NCBI GenBank assembly: GCA_030390025.1
Contig: CM059453.1
Span: 7,130,001-7,194,000 of the forward strand
Length of the DNA stretch: 64,000 nucleotides
Origin: Squalus acanthias
Lineage: Eukaryota
Direction of reading: 5' to 3'
Part shown: one piece after another, positions 1 through 9,860 of the stretch
How positions within the stretch are numbered: position 1 is the first letter of the stretch
Layout of the letters: every line of letters starts with the position of its first letter
Position numbers and translations under genes: made by a program
Notes under the pieces: model-generated
What the model was told of the DNA's origin: nothing
The model's input: the letters and a program-made list of their open reading frames with translations, nothing else
The model's database searches: none

Positions 1-2244
1 CAGGAGGTTAAAGGCTGCAACAGCCGCTGTGTCTAGTGGGAATGTGCTGGCCTTCAGTAGAGGTTGGATTCGGTCCGAGAAGTTAGGAATCCATTTAGCA
101 TAGTATGCAAACAGGCCGAGGGCTCGGCGCAAGGAGGCTGGATTCTTAGGTGGCGGGAGTTCTTGGAGTGGGCGAAGCCTTTCAGGGTCAGGTTTAATGA
201 TGCCATTGCCCACACAATAGCCAAGGATGTTGATGGTTGGTTGTGACTCAATGGATTTAGCCGCATTTAATGTCAAATTACGGTGCTGGAGTGCATCCCA
301 AAATCGTTGGAGATTGGCGTCATGTTCCCGCTGATTGCGACCTGCGACAGTAATATTGTCCAGATAAGGAAACGTATCCTTTAAGTCTACCTGTTTGACC
401 AGGTCATCCATTGCTCGCTGGAAGACAGCCACTCCATTAGTGACCCCAAAGGGGAGGCGACGAAATTGATACAGCCGTCCATTGGCTTCAAAGGCCGTAT
501 ACTGCTTGTCTGAGACCTTCAAGGGTACCTGATGATAGGCACTTTTCAGATCATATGTTGAGAACACCGTGTACTCAGCCAGTTTATTAACCATATCATC
601 GATGCGCGGCAATGGGTATGCGTCCAAGTCCGTATATTGATTGATGGTCTGTGAATAGTCAATGCACAGCCGTTTCTTGTGAGGTTGTAGAGGGTTCTTA
701 ACAATAACGACCTGGGCGCGCCATGGCGACGAACAAGGCTCGATGATATCCTCTGCTAAAAACCGAGAAATCTCAGCCGCAATAAAAGACTGGTCTTCCT
801 GACTGAAACGTCGTGACTTTGTTATAATCGGTTTGCATCGAGGAGGGATACTGGTAAACAGTGAGGGTTCATCCAGTGAAGCTGCTGACAATGCACAGAA
901 CGGTAATCGAGGTCGTATATTAGAAATAGTGAGTTCAGGTTTGGATCCGCCGAACTCAATGGTGAGCTTCTTATGCTGCTTTTGAAAATCTAGCCCTAAG
1001 ATAAGATCACTACATAAGTCCTTGAGCACCGAAAGCCGGGTGGAGGGAAACCTGTGACCATTAAGTGTTATTTCAACCATACAAAAGCCAGAAATTCTGG
1101 TATTAAGTGATGACTGAGCCATCGCAATTGCCTGGTCCGATGGGAAAACATGTAGCTTTAACTCTGCAACAATCTGTTCCCTAATGAAACTATCAGTGCT
1201 ACCTGAGTCAATTAAGGCATCTAAAGTATGTCCATTAATTGATGCTTTTGTAGCTGCATGGAATAGGTTCTGAGGACAAGCAGCTGTAATTGGTGTCGTT
1301 GCACAAAGAGTGGCTGAAACTCTAGGTGTGTTTCTTCGAGAGAAAACCCGAGAGGAAGCACGATAGATTTTAGCCGGAACATCTTGATAGGCCCTTACCG
1401 GGGCAGTTCGGTAGGACTTAGCTTGATAAGCCCTCGTAGAGGCTCTTGATAGGCAAACCTTTGCAAAATGACCCTTTTTGTTGCAATGACTGCAAAACGC
1501 ATTGCGAGCAGGGCAGAATTTCCGAGGGTGAAACTCATCACCACAAAAGAAGCATTTCTTAGATTGCCAAGAGGCTGCCACAGTGGGATCATCATCCTCT
1601 TCATCAGTGAAGTCATCAGATTGATCGTCAGGGATAAAGTCCTCCCTAATAGAGTTCACCTGTGGCCTCTTAAATTGCCTGACTGTAGTTAAGGCAGCAG
1701 ACCGAGGTCTGGGCACTGTATAAAGGTCTGCATTTCTTTTTGCCAGATCTAGAGAGCAAGCCATGTCATAAGCTCTCTGAAGCTCAAGTGTCTTACTTTC
1801 CAGTAGACGCTGGCGTATAAATGGGGAGGCAAGCCCGCAGATGAAAGCATCACGGATCATTTCTTCACGGTACAGCTCAGCTGAGGCCGCCTGAAAGTTA
1901 CAGTCCATACTAAGTCTGCGAAGCTCTTGGAGGAATTTATCAATGGATTCCTCCGGCCCTTGTTGGGCTGTAGCTAGTAGATGTCTGGCATAGACCTCAT
2001 TCGCTGTCTTAGTATATAGTCTTTTAAGCGTCCGAATTGCCTCCTCGTAACTGCCCCATTCCTCGACATACTGAAATACATTCGGGGTGACACAGTTGAT
2101 GAGTATCCGCAATTTTGAGTCATCATCAGCCTTGCAATATTCGAGAAAATTGTCAAACGTGCGATACCAGTGTTTCCACACCTTACCGGCTGCTGGGGTG
2201 TTTGGGTCCAAGTCAAGACGCGATGGTTTAAGGATGTTTTCCAT
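1..2244 (-). CDS. Gypsy LTR retrotransposon 1 gag-pol polyprotein, running off the left edge
   Basis: Starts MENILKPSRLDLDPNTPAAGKVWKHWYRTFDNF. Contains a zinc knuckle (CFFCGDEFHPRKFC...CSHCNKKGHFAKVC), protease LIDSG and RT PYLDNI. Spot-checked codons at 2244, 1560, 366 and 3 are in one frame, and the ORF track reports no stop-terminated ORF in that frame. Confidence 0.9.
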   Translation of the reverse strand, partial: MENILKPSRLDLDPNTPAAGKVWKHWYRTFDNFLEYCKADDDSKLRILINCVTPNVFQYVEEWGSYEEAIRTLKRLYTKTANEVYARHLLATAQQGPEESIDKFLQELRRLSMDCNFQAASAELYREEMIRDAFICGLASPFIRQRLLESKTLELQRAYDMACSLDLAKRNADLYTVPRPRSAALTTVRQFKRPQVNSIREDFIPDDQSDDFTDEEDDDPTVAASWQSKKCFFCGDEFHPRKFCPARNAFCSHCNKKGHFAKVCLSRASTRAYQAKSYRTAPVRAYQDVPAKIYRASSRVFSRRNTPRVSATLCATTPITAACPQNLFHAATKASINGHTLDALIDSGSTDSFIREQIVAELKLHVFPSDQAIAMAQSSLNTRISGFCMVEITLNGHRFPSTRLSVLKDLCSDLILGLDFQKQHKKLTIEFGGSKPELTISNIRPRLPFCALSAASLDEPSLFTSIPPRCKPIITKSRRFSQEDQSFIAAEISRFLAEDIIEPCSSPWRAQVVIVKNPLQPHKKRLCIDYSQTINQYTDLDAYPLPRIDDMVNKLAEYTVFSTYDLKSAYHQVPLKVSDKQYTAFEANGRLYQFRRLPFGVTNGVAVFQRAMDDLVKQVDLKDTFPYLDNITVAGRNQREHDANLQRFWDALQHRNLTLNAAKSIESQPTINILGYCVGNGIIKPDPERLRPLQELPPPKNPASLRRALGLFAYYAKWIPNFSDRIQPLLKASTFPLDTAAVAAFNLL

Positions 2245-2322
2245 GATGGGAGATTCCCTGGATCCTTAGTTCCGAGTTCGTCCAAAAAGTTTGAGTGCGA
2301 AGATTTTCAAAGTTGATTAAAT

Positions 2323-2516
2323 TGTCGTAAGAATGAGCCTTACGCGTGGTGAACTTAAAGTAAGCTTTAATCAACTAAAAAGGTGCTACATACAAAAGAG
2401 GTCTTACTCTATGCCTCTCCAGGATCCAACTGATCAGCCCAGTATTTATCCTGGACTAATCACAGGAAGTGATGTAATAAAGTTCGAGTCACAGGAAGCT
2501 GTATTGTGTTACCACA
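2323..2516 (-). mobile_element. 5' LTR of Gypsy element 1 (194 bp, TG...CA)
   Basis: On the minus strand it reads TGTGGTAAC...CTTACGACA with GATAAATA and ATTAAA, upstream of gag. It interrupts a CR1 RT fragment that resumes at 2517. Confidence 0.8.
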
Positions 2517-5500
2517 TATAGTGTATTCATTTGCCTTGTTAGCCCTCCCTAAATGCATTATCTCACACTTCTCCAGAATGAATTCCATTTGCCACTGTTC
2601 TGCCCAACTGACCAGTCCATTGATATCTTCTTGCAGTCCACAGCTTTCTTCTTCATTCTCAACCACACGGCCAATTTTTGTATCATCTGCAAACTTCTTA
2701 GTCATACTTCCTACATACAAGTCCAAATCATTGATATATACCACAAACAGCAAAGGACCAAGTACTGAGCCTTGCGGAATCCCACTGGAAACAGCCTTCC
2801 AGCCACAAAAACACTGAAGTGCAGGAACATTTTAGTCCAACACAAAGGTAGATAAAGACAAAAACTGATCAGAAGTTATTGAAATGTTTAGCAGAAATTA
2901 CATGTTGGAGTATTTAGCCAGATTTGTTTACAAGGTTGTAACTCGGAAATCCTCACAACATAACAGCATTTGAACATAAGAATTAGGAGCAGGAATTGGC
3001 CATTCCGCTCCTCGAGCCTGCTCCGCCATTCATTCAGGTCATGGCTGACCTTTGACATCAACTCCACATCCCGCCCGATCCCCATATCCCTTTCTCTCCC
3101 TAGAATCCAAAAATCTATCTATGTCAACCTTGAATATAATCAACGACTCAGCATCCACAGCGCTTTGGGGTGGAAAATTCCATATATTTGCAACCCTCTG
3201 AGTGAAGAGATTCTTCCTCATCTAAGTCAGAAGAAGATAAGAACATAAGAAATAGGAGCAGGAGTAGGCTATATGGCCCCTCGAGGCTGCTCAGCCATTC
3301 AATAAATCATGGGTGATCATCGACCTCAACTCCACTTTCCCGCCCGATCTCCATATCCCATTGATTCCTTATGAGTCCAAAAATCTGCCTGTCTCTGCCT
3401 TTTATACATCCTCAAAGACTCAACATTCACAGCCCTCTGGGGCAGGGAATTCCAAAGATTCACAACCCTCTGAGTGAAGAAATGTCTCCTCATCTCAGTC
3501 GTAAATCGCCTACCCCTTCACCTGAGACTTTGACCCCCGGTTCTAGAGACACCAGCCTGGGCGAAACATCCTCTCAGCATCTGCCCTATCTTTCCCCTTC
3601 AGAATCTTCTATACTTCAATGAGATCACCTGTCATTTTTCTAAACTCCTTTCTCCACCCATACTGATTATATTTCCAGATCTTCCGAGCCAAGATCATTT
3701 TTCTCTACTGTCCATATGTTATCCTTTATAATCAGGGCTATTCACCCTCCTTTCCATTCCGTCGGTCTTTTTGAAACGTCAAGTACCCTGGAATATTTAG
3801 TTCCCAACCTTGGTCACCTTGCAACCACGTTTTTGAAATGGCTATTAGATCAAACCTATTTTATTCTATTTGTGTCACTAGTTCGTCTATCTTGTTACGA
3901 ATGCTTCGTGCTTTCAGATAAAGAGCCTTTAATTTAATTTGTTACCATTATTCCCTGCTTTGACCTTATTCTCTGCTGCACTGCTCCCGTTAAACTCTCT
4001 GTCACTTCCTGTCACACTCTGCTAATATTTACCCAAATCACTACACTGCTCTATTGCCTTGAGCTTTCTTTTTAGATTTCTAAATTTCCCCTCACCTGAT
4101 CCACTCCCCCTTTTTTAGTTTAAAGCCCTATCTACAGCCCTAGTGAAGACGCTTGTCCCAGCCCGGTTTAGGTGGAGCCCTTACTAATGGAACAGCTCCC
4201 TCTTTCCCCAGTACTGATGCCAGTGCCCCATGAATTGAAACCCTTCTTCTCACACCACTTTCTGAGCCAAGCATTTAGGTATCCGATCTGCTTCACCCTA
4301 TGCCAATTTGAACGTGGCTCAGGTAGTAAACCAGAGATTATTACCCTTGAAGTTGCGCTTAATAACTTAAACCCAAGCACCTCGAACTCCCTCAGCAGAA
4401 ACGAATTATTTGTTCTACCTATGTCGCTGGTTCCTACATGGAGCACGACAACTGGATCCTCCCCCTCCCACTCCAAATTCTTCTCCAGCCGCGTGGAGAT
4501 ATCCTTAACCCTGGTATCGGGCAGGCAACACAGCCTTCGGGACTCTCTTTCACAGCTGCAGAGAACAGTATCTATTCCCCTGATTATACTGTTCCCTACT
4601 AACTACCACATTCCTTCCTTCTCCCCCCACTTGTTGGCCCCCTGTACCACAGTGCCATGGTCAGTTTTCCTATCCTCCGTGCAGTCCTTTTCCTTATCCA
4701 TACAGGTAGCAAGTACCTCGTACCTATTGGACAAGGTCCAGGGCTGAGGCTCATCCACCACTACATGCTGGGTCACCATACCTTCCTGACTCGCAGTCAT
4801 ACCTTCCTTTCCCTGACCACTGACGAACTCTAAAGTAGTACTGAACTGAAAGGTTGTTGCTGCCATCTGGAACAAAGTGTCCAGGTAATTCTCCCCCTCC
4901 CTGATGCATCGCAATGTCTGCAGCTCGTACTCCAGCTCAACAATTCTGAGCCGAAGTTCCTCGAGTTGCAGACACTTACTGCAGATGTGGTTGGTCAGAA
5001 TCGCGTTGCACTCCAGAGAAGCCCACATACTGCAGTTGCGACACACCTGCTGCCCCGCCATCTCTAACCTTGTTTTATTTATTAATTCATTAGTGAAAGC
5101 TTTTATTCAATCGATATTTCAGTTTTATTGTTTCATTATTTTATCTAGTCTAAGTTATCAATTTAATAAGTATTGGAAGTTAGATTTTCTCAGCTCAAAA
5201 TTTAATGCATTCCCTAAGTTAGAGAGCAAAAAAGAGCTGAAATATTCACCAACCAATCACCTACCTGCTCTGCTGTGACTTTACTTTGATGTTTTTGTTG
5301 TTTTTGAATCGGAGGCTCGCCGCTGCCGCTGTTCGAAATGGCCGATCCCTCATCCTGAGACTATGGCCCCTAGTTCGAGATTCCCCCACGAGGGAAAACA
5401 GCCTCTCAGCATCTACCCTGTCAATCCCCCTCAGAATCTTATATGTTTCAATGAAATCACCTCTCATTCTTCTAAACTCCAGAGAGTTAGGCCCAATCTA

Positions 5501-5535
5501 CTCAATCTCTTCTCATTGGACAACCCTCTCATCAG
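2517..5535 (-). mobile_element. Stack of CR1 LINE fragments (RT piece, 3' ends, ORF1 region)
   Basis: KFADDTKIG RT motif at 2517-2815. CR1 3' tails (AGAACATAAGAA..GGAGCAGGA) near 2973 and 3235. ORF1 esterase-like VVVLHVGTSD and CxxC-rich N-terminus at 4168-5061. Confidence 0.85.
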
Positions 5536-5795
5536 ACATGTTGCTCCAGGAAATATATGGATTAATTGACTGCTCATTGGCTCGATGCAATTTCATACCT
5601 GAGTTATTGCCTTGCTAGAAATTAGGGGAAAGGAAAGTCTGATGAAGCATTAAATGAATACAAGATGAACTGGTTCTAATCAAACTCGTTATGTGCAGTG
5701 ACCTCTCTGCTTAATCTAAACGCCGAAGTTGGTTCTATTTAAACACTGCAAACTGCTGTATGGAGTTATCTCAAGCTGGCTTCACTTTTTTTTAG

Positions 5796-6083
5796 ATAAA
5801 CCCACAATAGTATCAGGCCTGACCTGCACCAGCTCTGAGGGTGTGGTTCATTGCACATGCAGTGTCAGAGCCAACCCCCAAGCAAACATCACCTGGGGCA
5901 TCAATGGGAGAAACATCACTGCGAACAGTTCAGATAACAATATCCTCTCCTCGGGGTTGAAAAGTCACCTGGTGAAGAGCTCCCTGACACTGACTCAACC
6001 AACTGCAACTGAACGCCTGATCTCATGTTTTGGAGTGAACGAGCATGGCGTTACTGTCGGAAAATACCAGCTCCAATCTGGAG
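5796..6083 (+). CDS. Gene A (Siglec-like receptor): membrane-proximal Ig (C2-like) exon
   Basis: tttag/ATAAACCC...GGAG/gtatat, 288 nt, phase 1-1. Encodes KPTIVSGLTC...HCTCSVRANP..NITW...ISCFGVNEHG. About 90% identical to 31018-31305. Upstream exons presumably lie left of the window. Confidence 0.9.
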
Positions 6084-6714
6084 GTATATATTGCATTTTC
6101 CTGTAATTTAATTACTGCGAATGTTTCTGTCCATCACCTGTCAGTGACTAACTCAACGGTGTTAGTGTCAGCATGTTCCAGTTCCACTGAGCTGAAATAT
6201 CATTCTTATCTGCAAAGTAGGACTGAATCCAATTTTAATTTCAGTAGTGTTTGGGACTGGTTCATGACTGAGCGCTACCTCACTGAAAGTTAGGATGGGA
6301 ATAATTCATGTAAAGTTTAGAGTCTGGTATCTGAATTTGATTATTGTCGCCTTGTTTTTGTGAAGATAGGAGGGTTAAGATAAAACACTAGTAGCAGCGT
6401 GTGATCTTTCATAAAATAAACCCTTCTGACTTAGTGACACACTCGATGAAATCATGTTTCCTCTCATTGTAACGGTAGTGGGGTACAGTCGATCAGTTCA
6501 ACATATTTTCACAGATATTTCAGCCGACTGCCGGTTTTGTTATGCTGACGATATTCTGAAAGAACTATACAGTGCGATAACACTGACAATGGAGCCAGGA
6601 GAACTTCGATAACTGAAAGAGCCGGTTATAGACTGAATAAAATTATCGGATAGCAAGCGAGCAGATCCGAGTATGCGGCGTGGATTGATGCAGTCTCTCA
6701 GGGAGACTGCGTTA

Positions 6715-6960
6715 TTTAATGGTTTGAAGAAGAGCAGGGGAGTTCTGTCTGGTGCCCTGGCCAATATTTATCCCTAAACCAATAACACCGAAACAGTTTT
6801 ATCTGCTGATTTACTTTATGGCTGTTTCTGGGATCTTGCTGCGCGCAATTTTGCGGCCACGTTCCCTATATTACAACGGTGACGACACTTCAAAAGTACT
6901 TCATTGGCTGTAAAGCGCTTTAGACGTCGGCAAAAGCGCTATGTAAAAACAAGTTCATTT
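6715..6960 (+). mobile_element. Deu-domain SINE fragment (SacSINE1/AmnSINE-like)
   Basis: GAAGAAGAGCAGGGGAGTTCT...CCTGGCCAATATTTATCCCT core. Related copies at about 35840-36180, 36605-37295 and 40355-41960. Confidence 0.65.
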
Positions 6961-7060
6961 TGTTCTTAACAGCTTCCCGTACATGCTGTTAAATGTTATG
7001 TTGAATCTTGGTATAATCTTAGAGCAATAATGAAGAGCACGATTTTTTTTTATATTTTAG

Positions 7061-7182
7061 GATCATTTTGGAGAATTGTCATGCTAATCAGAGCCGCCGT
7101 CGCAGTTCTCATTCTGATTGGCATCATTGTCTTGGTGACGATAGAGACTCATTCACACAGATATGGTTCATATTACTTATAG
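7061..7182 (+). CDS. Gene A transmembrane exon with TM arginine and read-through short tail
   Basis: Acceptor atattttag/GA matches the gene B TM exon. Encodes GSFWRIVMLIRAAVAVLILIGIIVLVTIETHSHR. The donor position reads CAG/atatgg instead of CAG/gtatgt, so the frame continues YGSYYL to TAG at 7180-7182. Confidence 0.75.
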
Positions 7183-7957
7183 TCGTGCTTTAATAAGACA
7201 GATTTCAAAAGAACGTGACATCAGGATTTCAGCCCATGAGCAAATATTGCTTAATGTAATTAACCCCAGATATCATTGAACCTGAATCTCAGCGAAGAGT
7301 TGACAAGGGAATGCTTGCTGGAGTTCGGGTGTCTTGTGAAGGGAAAGTAGGAGAATGTCAGAAGTTCAGCGTCCCATGTCTGGTCTTTCACTTCTTAGTT
7401 CAAAGATTGTACATCAGGGCCAGTGCAGAAATTGGGTGCAAAATCTAGACTGTCACTTAAGCGGAGGCGCCGTATTTCATACCAGACAATTTGAGCTGAA
7501 CACGGTTTGGCAGCTCAAAGCCCCCGTGGCCATATTGGCGGTAGACCTCATGACTCAGGAGGTCATAAACTGCTCCACAGAACCATTGCTGGACACGAAA
7601 GGGCAAATTCCGGTGCATTTTTAAGACTTGGCGGAAATTGCTATGGTTATTCTGCACCAGTAGAGGCCGCTCGCTTAGCATCCATAAAATGTTCAGTGAA
7701 CACTGAATTTGTCAGAGCAGATCAAGATAGATATAACCAGCTTCATCAGATAGAGAGAATGCTTTCTTTGGAATTAGGAAAGTGTAGAGATAGAAAAGAA
7801 ACGGGTATTAAATCTGGTCGCAGCCAATCAGGAAACCTTAACAAGAACGAGTTACTATAGAGCGCCCCCTGTGGTTCAACACAGGGACACTGGGTGTTGT
7901 ATTGAAGCGAATTATCTGTAATTAGGAGACGTTAATCATTTGTATTCAATGTTTCAG

Positions 7958-8043
7958 GAAGAAGGTAAATATCCCTGTTGGGGTCTCTCCTACAGACAAG
8001 GGGGCAGCGATTTACTGTGTGTTGCAGAACCCACTGAAATGAG
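7958..8043 (+). pseudogene. Gene A first cytoplasmic exon (probably a relic; ends in a stop)
   Basis: ttcag/GAAGAAG...TGAG/gtaagt encodes RKKVNIPVGVSPTDKGAAIYCVLQNPLK*. It aligns to 38456-38543 with a 2-nt deletion that creates TGA. Confidence 0.7.
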
Positions 8044-9029
8044 GTAAGTGAGGAGATGGATTGATGAGAACATTGTCTGGGATCACATTACAGACACATC
8101 CAAGGGTTAAACAGATGTTATAGCAACTGGTTTGACGGTGTTCTTAAAGGGTGGAATAGCCTCCTCACCCCATGAACAGGGAAATGTTGCAGTGGCAATT
8201 GTGTGCATTGATCAGGCAAATGGGATCATGGACATTTTCTCAGGTCTGGACTTATTTTGAAATGAGTCGGTCTAAAATAACACCTTCACAATTAATTAGA
8301 CACATCACCCAGAGCAATGAATACTCCCCGACTATATTATCTCTTGCGGTTAAAATTCTAAACACATAGTGTGAGGCCAGAGCAGGGCCAAATCGCATTG
8401 CATTTCTCCAGCATTTTGTGAATATTCCGCCATGTGTCTTGGTGTCAGTTTGGCTGATATGGTAGCGTGCACTCTCTGAGGCTGAAGGTTGTGGGTTACA
8501 ACCTCACGTCAGGATTTGAGCCTTTGTCGTACTCCGGGCGTGTCGCATTGTTGGAGCTGCGGCATTTCCGATATAGCGAGGCTTTGGCTCCAGCTCGATG
8601 TTCTCAATGCCATACACTGTGAGAAGGAAAGTACAGACTCCTCCACACATCTTAAGCCAGGCCCAGGCTGCCTGTTCTATTGGTTCAGGTGGATGTTAGA
8701 AATCTCATGCACTAATGCAAGAAGAATAGGGATTGCACCACACGTGGTGGTTAGAACTCCTCCAAAGCCAGCAAATTGTGACTGCTTGGCCATTAATCTC
8801 ATTTGCTGTTTGCAGTCGCTTGTTTTGAGCAGGTTTACTGTAGCACGTCCATTGTAATGCATTGGGTACAAGGTATTGCTGTCCTGATAATTCGCCAGAT
8901 GAAAACCTAAAGCTATTTTAGATATCTGATGGTTTTTCTTTACCCAGGGGCTCATCGACACTTGTAATAAGTTATCGGCTCTTGTGATGAGTGCGAATTC
9001 GCTGCAACAATTCAAAAAGAAACTGGACC

Positions 9030-9485
9030 AACATAAGAACATAAGAAACAGGAGCAGGAATAGGCCAATTGGCCCCTCGAGCCTGCTCCGCCATTCAATA
9101 AGATCATGGCTGAGCTTGGGCTCAAAGCCACTTCCTCACCCGTTCCCCATAACCCTTCAATCCCTTATCATGCAAAAATCTGTCTATCTCCACCTTACAT
9201 GTATTTAATGACCCAGCCTCCGCAGCTCTCTGGGGCAGAGAATTCCACAGATTTACGACCCTCTGAGAGAAGAAATTCCTCCTCATCTCAGTTCTAAAAG
9301 GGCGATCCTTTATTCTGAAAATATGCCCCCGTGTTCTAGATTTCCCCACGAGGGGAGACATCCTCTCTGCATCGACCTTGTCGAGCCCCCTCAGTATCTT
9401 ATATGTTTCAATAAGATCACCTCTCATTCTTCTAAACTCCAGTGAGTATAGGCCCAACCTGCTCAACCTTTCTTCATAAGTCATA
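9030..9485 (-). mobile_element. CR1 LINE 3' fragment
   Basis: YEERLSRLGLYSLEFRRMRGDLIETYKI...WNSLP plus CR1 tail. Confidence 0.9.
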
Positions 9486-9860
9486 AGGACAAATTCCTTC
9501 CTTTGGCTAATATCAGTGTATACAAATCTTAGGTGGGATGTTGGGTGATCTACCTCATGGACACTGTTATCCCCTTGGAACTCGTTTTGTTCATCTTCGG
9601 GGTCGGAGAAGAATTTTGCAGATTACTGAATTGGCCGAGTGCTGTTTACATATGTTTGCCTCCCGCGAGAGGTTGCAATGTGGTGAGAGGGAATACTGTC
9701 GTCATGGTGCATTGTTGCGTCTTGACTGTTTTGGATAGGCTCATTGACCAGTCGATTATTTCCTGTTCGTCTTTTCAGACGACTGTATGTTCCAAAGCTC
9801 AGAATGAGTCCCTCCCTGAGTGAGAACAATGAAAAATGATCAGAGAAGCGAGAAAGAGGG

